This document shows, in pieces, positions 24,541-40,400 of a stretch of DNA of 64,000 nucleotides. The position numbers and the translations under genes are program-made. The stretch's first letter is position 1. The number at the start of each line of letters is the position of its first letter. The DNA is from the human T2T-CHM13v2.0 reference genome, Homo sapiens, in assembly GCF_009914755.1 (NCBI RefSeq), contig NC_060931.1, one strand, 5' to 3'. The notes below the pieces were generated by a model. It was not told the DNA's origin. It searched no databases and saw only the letters and a program-made list of their open reading frames with translations.

Positions 24541-25744
24541 TGCAGCAAAACGTACTTATTGGGGACTGTGGGATGAGCAGAGGTGTTTTCAAGGAAGATG
24601 TGAAAATGCTAGGAACATTCCTTCTGAGACCTGAAGAACAGGTAATCAGACAGCAAAGGAGAAAAAACAATGTAAAGAGAGAACTCTGCCTTTGACTCCT
24701 CTTTGGGCTACTGTGTGGATGATAGGAGATAAAAACTCCAAAAACAGTAAATAGAAAGGAAAAAAATCGGATTAATGAACAAATGCAAGAGTGGGAAGCA
24801 AAGTTGTTTTCTTCGTAGAAGGATTAATCTGACTCAGAAAGTGTAGAACAAATTAAGTAGTCAGAGACTCAAGGACACAGCTTTAGTATCAGCAGGAATG
24901 CTTCAAATAGCTTGAAAAAGACAACCTACTGGGGAATAATTCTTGACATTGTGACTATGGGTTGCCTGGAAATACTACTGGTTCTATTTATTATTATATT
25001 CTCTTGTCAAGGTTTCTCTATAGGAACAGTGATTACAGCTGATATCAAGATTGTAGATTCCACAGAGACTCTTTTTAATATATATAATTATGGTCAGTGA
25101 CAAACAAGCATAATTTCAGCATCTGAATACTGTACATTGGAGAAAGAGGCTTAACCTTAAAAATGTTAACCTAATCACAAATCACTTTCCATGACAACTC
25201 TTTTATACTTTCTGGTTAAATCTGGTTAATGATACCATTGGCATCATTTCATCATTCATTCGATTATATTCAAATCATTACATCTTCAATTTATTTGCAA
25301 ATCCATATGCAAACCTTTTTCTAAATATTTTTTTCTGAGATAGTAACAAAGGCTTGTTGAATTTTCTATGATGCCAGTTTTGGGCAACAGAAAACTTAGT
25401 TTAGTAATAATGTAAATTCTTTTGTTCCAAATATCTTTCACTACTTTTTAACTTAGGACTTTTGAAAACCAAATAAAAAATAATTTAAAAGAATATATAC
25501 TCTCAGATCATTGAATAAAACAATATTCATGAATAATGGCAGCTTTTATAAATTTATGCATGATAATCTCTAAATTATATATGAGAATCCTGAGAGCATT
25601 TTCAAATTCATTTTAACTAAAGCATTGACTTTAATAATTAGTCTTGCTTGTCTAGAAAATTATCTATGGTCTGATTTTTTTTTCTTTCTCCTTTTTTTTC
25701 CAAGATTTGTTATTCCTCTACTATATATCCTCACTTATTTATTA

Positions 25745-26932
25745 TGAGAAAGAGGATAGCAGCCCCTGACAGCTAAAAACTGTTCTTGAACCGTCGCTTA
25801 GCCCTCATTCTTGCTGGCTGTTGACCTTGCGTCTGCTCTTCTCCTGTTGAACATAAACAATTTTATGACTACAACATCAGACAACACCATAGATGCCACC
25901 AACATCTGTGACTATAATGGATAAAGACTAAAACAAGATGACTCTATAATTATGTCTAATAACAGACAAAAACATGCATATTATCAAAACCCAAAAATGA
26001 CCAAACTCCTCCTCTGCTGGCTAATATGTGTGGCTCCTTTGCCAATCACAGCTTTAGCCATGTTCCCTTCTTCCCTCACTCTAGATGAGATTCATTAAGA
26101 TACTGTAGCAGACCAGCTCCTAGATGACCCAAGTTTTCCCACCTCCTAGTCATCACACCTATGTGTAATCCCCTTCCCTTGAATATAGGCAGGATTTCTG
26201 ACTTGCTTTTAACCAGAATAATATGGCAAAGATGATGTGATTTCGCTGCTGTGACTATGCTGCATAAGCTTGTTAACTCCCATCTTGCCAGCAGACACTC
26301 TTGACTATTACTGACTCTCCCACTCTGCCTTGCTGCCTTTGATTAAGCAAGCTGCTGTATGCAGAGGGCCACGTGGCAGGGAACTGAGGGCAGCCCCAGC
26401 TGACAGCCAGTAAGGACCTGAGGCTCTCAGTATGACAACTCAGAAAGAGCTGAATTCTGCTAACAATCTCCTGAGCATGGAAATTGAGCCTTCCCTAGTA
26501 GAGCCTTGAGATGAGACTACAGCTGCAGTTGACACGTTGCTTGCAGACCCTGAAAAACCCTGAAGCAGAGGATGCAGTTAAGCTGTGTCTAGAGTCCCAA
26601 ATCTCAGATATAGCAAGATAAATGTGCAGTTTTAATCCACTAAATGTGTGGTAATTTGTTATGCAATGATAGATAGCAGATACAATGGTCAATTGTAGAA
26701 TTAACTCGAATTCCTGAAAACAATCAATATATAACAAAGCCCCACTTCCTTCAAGCTGTCCCCAGGTCACCTAACAAAAGCCCAAATTTTATAATGCATT
26801 CTTAACAGCCTTTTTATTGAGACACACCCACAATTCCCACTGGTATGCATTTTCCTTTGTTACAGTGAGTAACCTCAACTTTGCTCAATTGTAGCTGTAT
26901 TTGTGGTGGCTTTAGGCTGTTGGATTGTGACA
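25745..26932 (+). mobile_element. ERV1 LTR (MER67-like) interrupted by MLT1
   Basis: TGAGAAAGAG...ctcctgttgaacataaacaat...ggattgtgACA; family name is tentative. Confidence 0.55.
26104..26684 (+). mobile_element. MLT1E/F-like MaLR LTR
   Basis: tgtagcagac...gggccacgtggcagggaactgaggg...ggtaatttgttatgcaatgatagatagcagataca. Confidence 0.8.
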
Positions 26933-27290
26933 CTTTGTCTTTCAATGCTGAGCTAGTTCTATCTGTTGACCACTGACCTTCCAAAAAGCTCCCATGCCCC
27001 CACCAAAAAAAAAAAACCTGTTATCAAACAAAACTAAGTTTATTAGATCTGCTATAGAACTCTAGCTTGCCAGAATCTTAGTGGTGTCTTACAATGTAGA
27101 ATTTAGGGGAGGATATTTATGAGGCTTTAGGTCCTTGGTAAGTGATTTTAAAGTGTGTGTTGCAAGGTGAGGAACTGGTTGGGACGGGGCAGCCTTAATG
27201 GCATAATAATTTGGGATACTTGAGTACAACTAGGTGGAGATCCTGCAATGAGCTTTGATGAACAAATACTTTTGTCTTGATAATTAAGGT

Positions 27291-27942
<652 letters not shown>

Positions 27943-28435
27943 TTTATTTTAATTTGTTTAGTGTTATTTCCTAGGAGCAAATATTTCCTGGATCAGGTAG
28001 GTAAGTTATTTTTACTTGCCCCCAGTATTGTTTAACACTTTGACATAACAGTATGTTTTGTCTCAGTATTGTTTATCATAAGGGCAGGGAATAAGGTTAG
28101 TTTCAATTTTCATATTATTGTATTATGGCCCTTGTTGCTATTTGTAGGGATGATCTGCTTAACAGCATAGTTCAAATTTCTCTTTAAATGCAGATGCTAT
28201 TTGCTCTGCTGTAAAGGAGGATTGGCCTAACCCTAATTACCCCATATTTAATGCCAATTATAGCTCTTTCCACCTTCTCTCATTCTCTATTTTCATCATA
28301 AGATCCTATGAGAACATTCCAAGTGGAAATGCAAAGAAGTTCTTAATTTAGTACTTTTGGACGGATCTCAGTCTCAGGCCTGAGTGATGAACACAGTCCT
28401 CTCTGGGCATAGTGTGTACGTCCTGGCTCTTTTGA

Positions 28436-28924
<489 letters not shown>

Positions 28925-29419
28925 TAGACAGGAATAAAAATCTTTTGAAATGCATTGCCTTGTGATAAGGTGTCGAAGTTCTGTCTTCTCATTGGCAAGT
29001 CAACATGGTAGGGACTCATCTTTCTGTTCTTGCAGCTTTCAGTTCTAACCAACTCCTGCGCTGCTTCTCCTTTGGAATCTTTCTTTTCCACTTGCTGGGC
29101 AAACACAGAAAGGCAATTTCTTCCCTCTCTATTCTTATCAGAAAATAACTGCAGGTATATGAAGTGTAAACTATATATGTATTATGGTTATGGGGCCAAT
29201 GCAAAATGTCATATAACTGGAGGTTTTTATTGACCATTAATTTAGGGCATATCAAATGCCAAGAACAGATATGTATAACTCAGGTCACAAATTTGAAGCA
29301 ATTAACTCTGCTGTAGTTCACTGGGAGAAATAACCTCTTTTTTCCCTTTCTGTATCAGAGCTAGACATATTGTAGTAGGTACTACGCAATACATACTTGA
29401 CTGATTCCAAGTCAAATAA

Positions 29420-29850
29420 ATTCGACAGCTATGATTGAGTGTCTATTACACGCCAGTCCCTTTTCAAGGTGCTTGTGATCTGTCTGTAAAGAAAAGATTC
29501 CTGTCTCGTGAAGATTACATTCTAATAGGTGAAGCCAGACAATATATATTGAATAGGATAAATAATTGAACTAGGTGACATGTTAGGAAGTGACAGGTAC
29601 TATGTAAAATGGAAAAAGTAGAGAATGTGAGAGGAATGAGGGGTGGTGGAGGGGATGGTGGGGCAGATGTTACTGTTTTACAATGGCTGGGCCTTGATGA
29701 GGCAGAGTTTGCCAAAACATCTCAAAGAAGAGGTTTTCACTTAGAAGGAACAGCCACAACAAAGGCTCAAGGCCAGTGTCTCTAGCATGTCAGAAAACAT
29801 GGAAGAAAGCCAGCGTGGCCACAGCAGAGTGAGCAAGGGAGAGAACAGCA
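29420..29850. mobile_element. L2 remnant
   Basis: attgagtgtctattacacgccag... and gccagcgtggccacagcagagtgagcaagggg motifs. Confidence 0.6.
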
Positions 29851-30374
29851 GAGCAGTGGATGTCACACGTCACAAAGTGGTTTCTTCAGGTATTTTACTC
29901 TAGAATTCGCAATGACTTATTTCATCAAATTTCTCTGTTCAAAAATCACTTCCATGAATAGAAATAGCCAAATGAATATGGAAAATATTTTGATATTTCT
30001 TATTATGCATAATAATGGTCAAAAAATGCATTTGTATTATGAAATATATTATGATAAACAGATCTCATTTGGAATTATAAAAAGTACATGAAAAAATTAA
30101 TTTAAAAAATTCAGTTTTGGGTTAAACTTTCAATAAATACACTACCGAACTCTAAAAGTAAAGGGTAATTGAAACGCCTATACAAACAGAACTTCAGTCT
30201 TAGCACAGATTTCTCACATTACAGAATCTCCATTAATGTTGGCTACTTCCCAATTTAGGGTTTTCTAGTGATTCAGGAATTTAGTCACTTAGTGTCATCT
30301 AGTGGCATTTCTTGGTATAGCAAATAAAAGAGTTTAAAAATATTTGTCAAATTGATATAAAAGGGGCAGAAATT

Positions 30375-30714
<340 letters not shown>

Positions 30715-33700
30715 TTAACCAATCAAATAATTTAAAGGCTGTTAAAACAATAACATGGGAAACAACCAAAGATAATCAATAAGGGAGTGATGGCCTTCAC
30801 ACTGATAACCCGACCGACCCCAACTTGGCATCGGAAGGCAGATTTTCAGAATTAGGGCTCTGTCTTTTTAGGTTTTATCGAAGCCAAAGAATTAAAAAAA
30901 AAAAAGTTTCAGAGCTTGAAGAAACTATAAGCAGCCATCATTCCAGTATGTGAAAGTATAATACTAATGCTCACTTAATGATAGCAATGAGAATACCTCA
31001 AAATATTTAATGCAATTACAATAAAAAATTAACGTAATTTATTGGTTGATCATTCACTTCACCTCAATTTTTGTGACACATTTTTTGGTGTCGTCTTTCT
31101 ATTGGAAAATCGCTTTATAATAAATCTTCTCAGGCCAGTGTGAGGTTTATTTTCAAATGTATTTCTTGTTCACTGACTGATTGAACCATAAAGCGTCAAT
31201 TCTGCCAGTCATTTGGGTAAGTGAGGAGCACTGCTCTGGGAGTCAGGAACCCTGCGTTCAGATCCAGCTCTGTCCAATTGTGAACTTAGGTCAACACTGT
31301 GAGTCTAGGTTTCAATGTCTTCACCTTAAAAAGAAGGCAAAAGTGTTTTGCTTTAAAAATATGTTGTTATAATAGCCTATTATGCAACCACATTGTAATA
31401 AGTAAATTTTATTACAATGCTTTACTATATTATTAATATTATTTTCTACTCCATCATGTACTTAAATCTTAGCAGTTACAGAAATAATGAAATATCTTTC
31501 TCCAGGAAATTATAATACAGTTAGAGGCTTTTGAGATGATGATGGAGACAAGAATCTAAGATAGAAGAGAATTTTTATTCTAAAAAGAGAGAAAAGCGAA
31601 AATATTAATACATACTGTCTAAGAGAAAAGGGATCTAAATACAAATGGCACTATAAATATTTTAGACCTAAAGGACAAATATTCTGCTAGCTGTTGTCAC
31701 TTGATTTTGATACTTTGTTTATCTTTTACTTCGGGGTTACAAAATCAGTGAGTCAAATTATTACATGCCTTGTAAGAGGTCATAATTTTAGAAGAGATTT
31801 TATTAAATCACTATTGCTATATGACATCTGAACTGTTAATAGTTTTTACATGCCATTAAAATACCCACTAGATATGTTAAACACTTTTAAATTGATAAAG
31901 CTTTTGCATCTGATTTCACTTTATTGTGTAGTATAAATTTTACTGGGATATTTTTATGGTAGAGCATAAAATACACAGGCATATCACCCTTTCTACAATA
32001 CATTACTCACCTGAGTCCTCAACATTTGGGACATCACATAGTATTGGAGAGCCTGAGTTCACATTATTTTGATTTTGTGACCTTGATTTTTAAATCTTGA
32101 ATTAAAAAGTACAGTTCCGGAAATAGGTGATAAATAGATCAGTTAAATCTAAAGGCAGCAGTAAATCAGTAGTTTTAAAGCTTGTTTGTTGATAAGGATC
32201 TTAAGGGGCATTTCCTCAAAATACAGTTTGCTAGGCCATGTTCCAGACCTGCTAAATTAGAATCTTCAAAGAAGGAGTCTCAAAATGTTGTTTTTGTAAA
32301 ATGTGCCCCCTGGAGATTATCGTCGTATTAATTTATAAAGCACAACTCTAATTCAAATATAAAATATAGCATAAGACACAATCTTAAAAGGCAAGATAAA
32401 TAAGAACCCCTTTTCTAATACTTCTAACTTTGAATAAGTACCTTCACTAATTTAAGTCTTGGTTTTCTTTTCTGTAAAAAGGGTAACAATGATTGCACCT
32501 AAGTAAAGATAGGGTGGTGAACGTTGAGTCAATGCTCGTAAAACACCTAGTACATTACCTGGCACAAAATAAGGGCTTAGATAATATTAGTGTGATTATT
32601 GCAATGTCAACATCGTCATTCTTACAGAATGAATTCAGTTCTTATGATTTATAGTCACTTAAGAAATATTTATTCACAGTGGAAAATTTCTAAAGTTATT
32701 AAAGCTGTAGAGAAGTTGAATCGTAAAATAAGAGTATGTTGTACTCGTGTTTTGTGTTTGCATAAATCTTGAAATAAACTTTTTGGAAGTTCTTTGCTTT
32801 CAAAGAGTTATACTCCCACCTTGTGGCAAAGGGCTGTAGAGCAAAGACAACAGTACCTGACTCCCTTGGGGATCATGGGATCAAAAATTATTTTTACAAG
32901 TGAAGAAATGAAAATAGCTTTACAAATATTGGCCAATAAGTGTAAATGAATGAATAAATAAAAAAGTAAATTTTTAAACAAGAAAGTAAAATTAAGAAAT
33001 AAAATACTAACTTGAGAATTGCAAATCTTTCACAGGCAGGATGCCGCCAAGGTAATGATTTGCCAGGTGCATTCGTTTCTTTGGAGACCTCAGAGAACTG
33101 AGTAAGCCAGATTTGAGCTTGGAAAAGTCAACATGATCAGGGCACTAAGAGTTCGAGTTACAGGCAACCCCCACTGTGTCTCAGATACTCAACTTAGGTA
33201 GAACATTGAACATGTGTTAGCCAGTTGAAGTTCATCATAACTTTATTTGTAGATTTGAACTTTATACATAGAATTCAAATTCCTAAAATCATTTTATGTG
33301 TATTTCAAGAATCCACTTAGAGAAATATTTAAGACTAATTTTACGTGAAATCTTGTCTTTCTATGTCCCGTTCCTCTCATATCCATTGTCTCTCCTTGAC
33401 AGTTTTCATGATGATGGAATTATTGATTTAGAATTAAAGCACAAATTTCATGAAGATTTTACTTTATTTCAATTTCATTGTTCAAAATGAATATTCAAAA
33501 ATCAGACATTTATCCGATCTGCCATTAATGTGAAACACATTGATGTGAACTGTCAATGGTGCACTGAATTATTTCTTTCTTATCAAATTTCATCAGTTCA
33601 AATGTAGATTTTAATACTTACCAGCTTCAAGTTAGCAGCATTGGCCAGCTGAAATTAAGTTTAAAAAGCCATTTGGTATAAAATAATTAATTAATTGCTA

Positions 33701-33935
33701 GCAAGCTTCTCAGCATTTTCTGATTTTGCGTTTAATGAAACTCCTCTGAGCATGTCAAAGTATCCCCTACTCAATTCTCATCCACAGGTATTCAATTATC
33801 ACTCTATTAATATATAGACCAATAATGGCTTCCTTAGTAGCAAGTAGACTTCACCTTGCTAGCAATTAGGAGGAAATTACTCCTGAATCACATGGAGAAG
33901 GGGAACATTTCTTAATAGGTAATTCTTTAAACTTA

Positions 33936-34353
<418 letters not shown>

Positions 34354-34374
34354 TTAAACAAAACAGGGACATTA

Positions 34375-34683
<309 letters not shown>

Positions 34684-35080
34684 TCAACAATATTTAATAA
34701 TTAATGATTATTACAAATTTTTATATTGTAATACAACAAGGCATCTGCACATATTGATCAATTGTACACTAGAGTTATGATCCTCAATGGGCTTATGGAA
34801 TAATGATACAAAAACAAGCATTGGAACGACTATAATACATAATATAAACTGTTATGAGATTTTGGAGATGGGAGAGGTTACTTCTAAGAATGAAAAGTAT
34901 CATAGCCAGTAATAGGAACTGTTCTCCATCAGTATTTTCAAGTTCCAAATTCATTATCCTTCTATGTAACCCATCTACTAAGTGCTACCAATAAATCATT
35001 CCCCAAATCTGCCTTCTCAGCTTGTAAACCTAATTGACTATTAAAACACCAACAGAAAAAAAATCAGAAAACAAATGTGA

Positions 35081-35213
35081 AATGATGCCACCAAAAGTTC
35101 ATAGTTTTTATGAATGGAAATGAATGAATAAAATAGTAAATTTTATTGAATGAATGAATGAATGAATAAAAAAGTAAATTTCATAGATTTTATGAACTTT
35201 TGGTGACATCATT
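35081..35213. repeat. Inverted repeat, 23-bp arms (22/23 match), 87-bp spacer
   Basis: aatgatgccaccaaaagttcata (35081-35103) versus tatgaacttttggtgacatcatt (35191-35213). Confidence 0.9.
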
Positions 35214-35284
35214 GGGACCCAGAATCACTAGTCAATTTTTATTTGGCTTCGCTCAATTCTTTCCTTCATTCTTTTGGGCATTGT

Positions 35285-35420
35285 TTTATTTTATTTTATT
35301 TTTTTGTAGAGACAGGATCTAGCTATGTCGATCAGGCTGGTCTCGAAGTCTTGGCCCCAAGTAATCCTTCCACCTTGGCCTCCCAATGTGCTGGGATTAT
35401 GAGTGTGAGTCATCGTTTTG
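35285..35420 (-). mobile_element. FLAM/Alu left monomer
   Basis: tttttgtagagacagg...caggctggtctcgaa...gtgctgggattatgagtgtgag. Confidence 0.8.
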
Positions 35421-35639
35421 GGCAATTGCTTTGAAAGAACAACACTCTGTTCATATCCCTGTTCCTGTCTCCTACAGAAATCTCCATTACTCTCCACTTC
35501 TCTCAGCTCTTTTATTTCCTTGGGAAACTTGTAGTTAGCAAATGTGTAGTTCTACAACTTTTTATACCACCCCTCACCTACAGATATATATGCATCATAT
35601 CTTCTGCCATCTACAGTAAAGGGCTTATATATTTAGTTA

Positions 35640-35852
35640 TTTTAGAGACGGGGTCTCACTCTGTTGCCACACTGGAGTGCAATGGTGCAATCATATTATG
35701 CTAACTTCAGATTTGCGCCTCAGCCTCCCAATTAGCTGGGACTACAGGCATGTGCCACCATGCCTGGCTAATTTTTAAATAAAATTTGTAGAGTTGGGTC
35801 TCACTATGTTGCCCAGACTGGTTTTGAACTCCTGGCCTCAAGTGATTCTCCT
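35640..35852 (-). mobile_element. Partial AluJ
   Basis: gagacggggtctcactctgttgcc...gaactcctggcctcaagtgattctcc. Confidence 0.8.
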
Positions 35853-36235
35853 TGAGGAAACAGTAAAGAGGACTTTGTCTTGCAACTTGGATACCAGTTC
35901 AGCCAAAGTAAAATAAAGCACCAAGCAGGCCCCCATTCCAGGACGTTGCTCCTGGATGTAATTTCTAGACTTACCCTGGGTCAGGAGAGAACCCACTGCC
36001 CTGAAGGAAAGAACCCAGTCCTGTCAGGATCCATCATATGCTGATTAAAGAGCCCCTGGGCCTTGAATAAACATCAACAGCAGCCAGGCAGCAGTTGTCG
36101 TGGGCCTTCGGCAAGATCTAGTGTCATACTGGTTTCAGGTGTGACCAGCACATTCCCAGCTACAGTGGCCTTGGCCATAGGCCTCCTTTCCTTTCTACTT
36201 TAGGAAAGGAGAGAGGAGTAAAAAGGATTTGACTT
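35853..36235 (+). mobile_element. L1 (L1M/L1PB-age) 5' UTR fragment
   Basis: agtaaagaggactttgtcttgcaacttggataccag...aacccactgccctgaagg...cacattcccagct motifs of old primate L1 5' UTRs. Confidence 0.6.
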
Positions 36236-37282
36236 TCAGTAAAATTTGACTAAGCCAGTAATATTTGAATGAAGTCTATGCTACTTCATTTTTTATGTCT
36301 TATACTTTGAGATACACACCTGGTACTGTAATAGATGTTGAAGATACGTGTTGAGCAAGAGCCCTGATCCTGCCCTCACAGGGTTTACAGGCTGATTGGG
36401 TGAGAGACATTAATAATTATATTACTATAGAATGATCAACTGTAATAAATACTATGTAGGAAAAATATTGAATGGTAGGAAAAACTAAAAGGTCAGATTC
36501 AGTCTAAAGAATCAAAGAAAACTTGTGTTATTAGTTTGATTAGGGACTAACTTTCTAGTTATAGGGATAAAATCGGAGATAGTCATCTTGTTCTTCCACT
36601 GCAAAACATAAACACACTAAGCTTGAGGAGACAAAATACGCAGCAGTAGGGTTCTTACCAAATGTAATAGGAATGGCATAATGGACACTGTTGGGTCATG
36701 TTGATTCAGATGTCCCCAGGAGACAGTTATTTGGTCTGTTGTTTCCATAAGCCAGTTGAAAACAGACCTAATGTTGGACAAACTTCTAAGGAATTCAGGG
36801 AAGTGATTTCCCAGACACAACCCTTCCACCAAATATTTAAATTCTAATGAGTCCTCTTTGCCAGTGGACGTGGCCTTCCCACCATCATATAAGCAGCTTT
36901 TCCACCCCCCAGTGGTAGCAATTTCTGCACACTCAGTGACAGTGGCCTCTCCATCCCTGGTTGAGAGCATTAAGCCTGCATTGGCTGAGAAATTTATTAC
37001 AGAATGGCCTCCCTTGAGACAGTGGCCATGCAGCAATGATTCTCCTTAGGGCCCGCCCCATGACCCTTTTACGCTTTTAGACCTTTCACTAAACTAAAGT
37101 ACCAGCAGGCCCCTAAAGGTGAGGTACAAAGTGTGACTCATGAGAAAGTGTGCTGCACTCCAAAAGAACTAGTTGAATTTTCCAATTTACACAGGCAGAA
37201 ATCTGGGGAAAAAATATGGAAATGGATATTGAGGGTATAGGATAATGATAGAAGGAAAATAAAGTGGAACCAGGCCAAACTT

Positions 37283-37430
37283 ATTTATTTATGTATTTAT
37301 TTATTTATTTTTGAGATAGGGTTTCACTATGTTGCCCAGGCTAGATTTGAACTTCTGAGTTCAAGAGATTCTCCTGCCTCAGCCTGGCACATAGCTAGAA
37401 CTACAGGTGTGTGCCAAAATGCCCAGCTCC
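37283..37430 (-). mobile_element. Alu monomer within ERVL gag
   Basis: (TTTA)n tail followed by gagatagggtttcactatgttgcccaggct... Confidence 0.8.
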
Positions 37431-40400
37431 AAATTTATTGATATGGGCTGACTAAGCGGAGATTCTGCCTTTAAGGTTGCAGCTCAGGAAGTTTGGAGGG
37501 ACTCCTAACTCTTGGGTTGGTGAACTGAAACATGGACCAAAAGGTGGCCTACCGTGAGTGAATTAGAAGTGCTGAGTCTGCCTTGATTTAATGTACAGGA
37601 AAGGATTCAAAGCTTAGGAAGACTAGAATGTTAGATAGGATTTGTGTTTTAAGACCTACTTATAGCCACACTGGGAGTGTCTAGAGGACATGCTTTTCAC
37701 CACTACTATGAGAAATAAATCTGTGAGGTGGGGGAGGGGGAAGCACTTTAAAGAGTTCTGTGATCACTCTTACCTGTAGGCCAAGCTTTATAGTGAGGAC
37801 TGTGGTCACTATATTGGATCAATGCAACAGGAGTAATTGCAATGGGAGTAATTCAATCCCAAGGTGGCAGGGGCCAAGTGGTGGCACTCAACCACCAAAA
37901 GCAAAATGCATATAATTATTGTAATGGACAGCAGAGTCAAAGCAGCAATCAGAACAGTGTGACTCACACAGACCTAAGGTGTTTGCTAGTTAATCCTGGT
38001 GTTCCTAGAAGTGAAATAGATAGGAAGCCTACTAATTCTTACATGACCTGTATAAGCAGAATATTTTTAAGTCAAATGGACAAAAATCTAACCTGGATTA
38101 CATAAGCAGAGTTATGGTCCCTCAATCAATTCCCAGATGAGCTATTTGCAGACCCAGAACCCTCTGAATGAAAGGGAGATTGGATCCCCTTGAGGAACGC
38201 TTCTTGTACACTACCAAAAATGTTTACTGTTAATCTTTCTTGCAGCCTTTTCCAAAGGGACCTATGGCCTTTTAACAAGGTAATAGTGCATGGAGAAAAA
38301 GGAAGTAATCAGACCTCTCAGGGATTACTGAACACTGGCTCTGAAATGACAATAGTTCTAGAAAATCCAAAATATCACAGTGGTCCCCCTGTTAGAGTAT
38401 CGCCTGATGGAGGTCAGGTGATCATAGAAGTTTTAGCAGATCCATCTTACACTGGGCCCAGTGGGTCTCTCAACCCATCCTGTGGTTATTTCCCAAACTC
38501 CAGAATGCATAATTGACATATATATTCTCCGCAGCTGGCAGAAAGCTCACATTAGTTCCCTGACTGTGGAGTGAGGGGTTATTATGTTGGGGAAGGCCAA
38601 GTGGAAGCCACTAGAACTGTGTTTACCTAGGAAAATAGTAAACAATAAACAGTATTCCATCCCTGGAAAGCTTGAAGATATTATTGCTACCACCAAGGAC
38701 CTGAAAGGTGCAGGCGTGGTGACTTCTATCACATTCTCATTCAACTCACCTGTTTATCCTGTGTAGCAGACAGATGAATCTTGGAAAATTAGAGTGAATT
38801 ATCACGAGCTTAACAAAGCAGTAGCTCCAATTGTAGCTGCTGTATCAGATGTGGTTTCATTGCTTGAGCAAATCAACACATCCCCTGGTACCTAGTATGC
38901 AGCTAATGATCTGACAAGTACTTTTTTCTTCATACCTGTAAATAAAGACCACCAGAAGCAATTTGCTTTTCGCTGGCAAGTCGATACCCTTTCACTCTCC
39001 TATATCAGGAGTATAGCAACTCTTCAGGCTTATTTCATAATTTAGTTTGCAGGGATCTGAATTGCCTTTCCCTTTCACAAGATATTACACTGGTCCATTA
39101 CATTGATGACATTATGTTGATTGGACCTGGTGAGTAAGAAGTTGCAACTACTCTAGTCTTCTCTGTGTATCAGAGAATGGGAAGACATTTGAGTATCAGA
39201 GGATGGGAAATGATTCCAACAAAATTTCAGGGGCTTTCTGCATCAGTGAACATTTAAGGGGCCCAGTGATATGGGGCATGACAGGATAACTCCTTTAAGG
39301 TGAAGGATATGTTGTTGCATGTGGCTGCTTCCACAACGAGAAAAAGAGACAATGCCTAGTGGGCCTCTTTAGATTTTGGAGTTAACATACTACTCATTTG
39401 GGTGCGTCATTCCAACCCATATCAGGTGACTGTAAAAGCTGCTAATTTTGAGTGGGGCCCAGAGCAAGAGGGAGTTCTGCAGTAGGTCCAGGCTATTACT
39501 GTACAAGCTGCTCTGCTGCTTGAGCCATATGATACAGCAGATTAAAGTTCTTGAAGTGTCAGCGGCAGATAGACATGATACATGTGAATTTCAATACAGA
39601 CCCTTAGGATTTTGGAAAAAGTCTTGCCATCCTCCACAGAAAATTACTCTCTCTCTCTTTTGTTTTTAGAAATGCTCTTGGCCTGTTATTGGGCCTTAGA
39701 GACAGAATGCTAAACCATGGGCCACCAAGTTACCACGGGACCTGAGCTGCTCATCATAAACTGGGGGTTATCTGATCTGCCAAGTGATAAAATTGGGTGT
39801 GCACAGCATCACTTCATCATGAAATGGAAGTGATATAGATTTTGATAGGCCTGAGCAGGCCCTGAAATCACAAGTAAGTTACATGAGTAAGTGACTCAAT
39901 TGTCCGTGGTCTCTACTTCTGCTACATTGGCTTCTCTTTCCCAGCCTGCACCTATGGCCTCATAGGGAATTCCCTAGGATCAGCTAACAGAGGAATGGGA
40001 CATTCAGGTCTGTTTTACAGATAGTTCTGCATGATATGCTGGCAGCACTTGAAAGTGGACAGCGGCAGCACTACAGCCCCTTTCTGGGACATCCCTGAAG
40101 GACAGTCGTGAAGAGAAATCCTCTCAGTGGGAAAAACTTTGAAAAGTGCACCTGGTTGTTTACTCTGCTTGGAAGGAGAAATAGCCAGCAATGGGATTAT
40201 GTACCAACTCATGGACTATGGTAAATGGGTTAGCTGAATGGTCAGGGACCTGGAGGGAACATGTTTAGAAAATAGGTGACAAGAAAATCTTGCCGAGAGA
40301 CATCAAAATGTGAAAGTATTTATGTCACATGTGAATGCTCACCAAAGGGTGACATCAGCAAAGAAGAGTTTTAATAATCAAGTAAATGAGATGTCCTCTT

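Noticed and set aside
36617-37036. 139-aa minus-strand ORF
   Set aside because: Largely antisense to decayed ERVL gag; no independent support.
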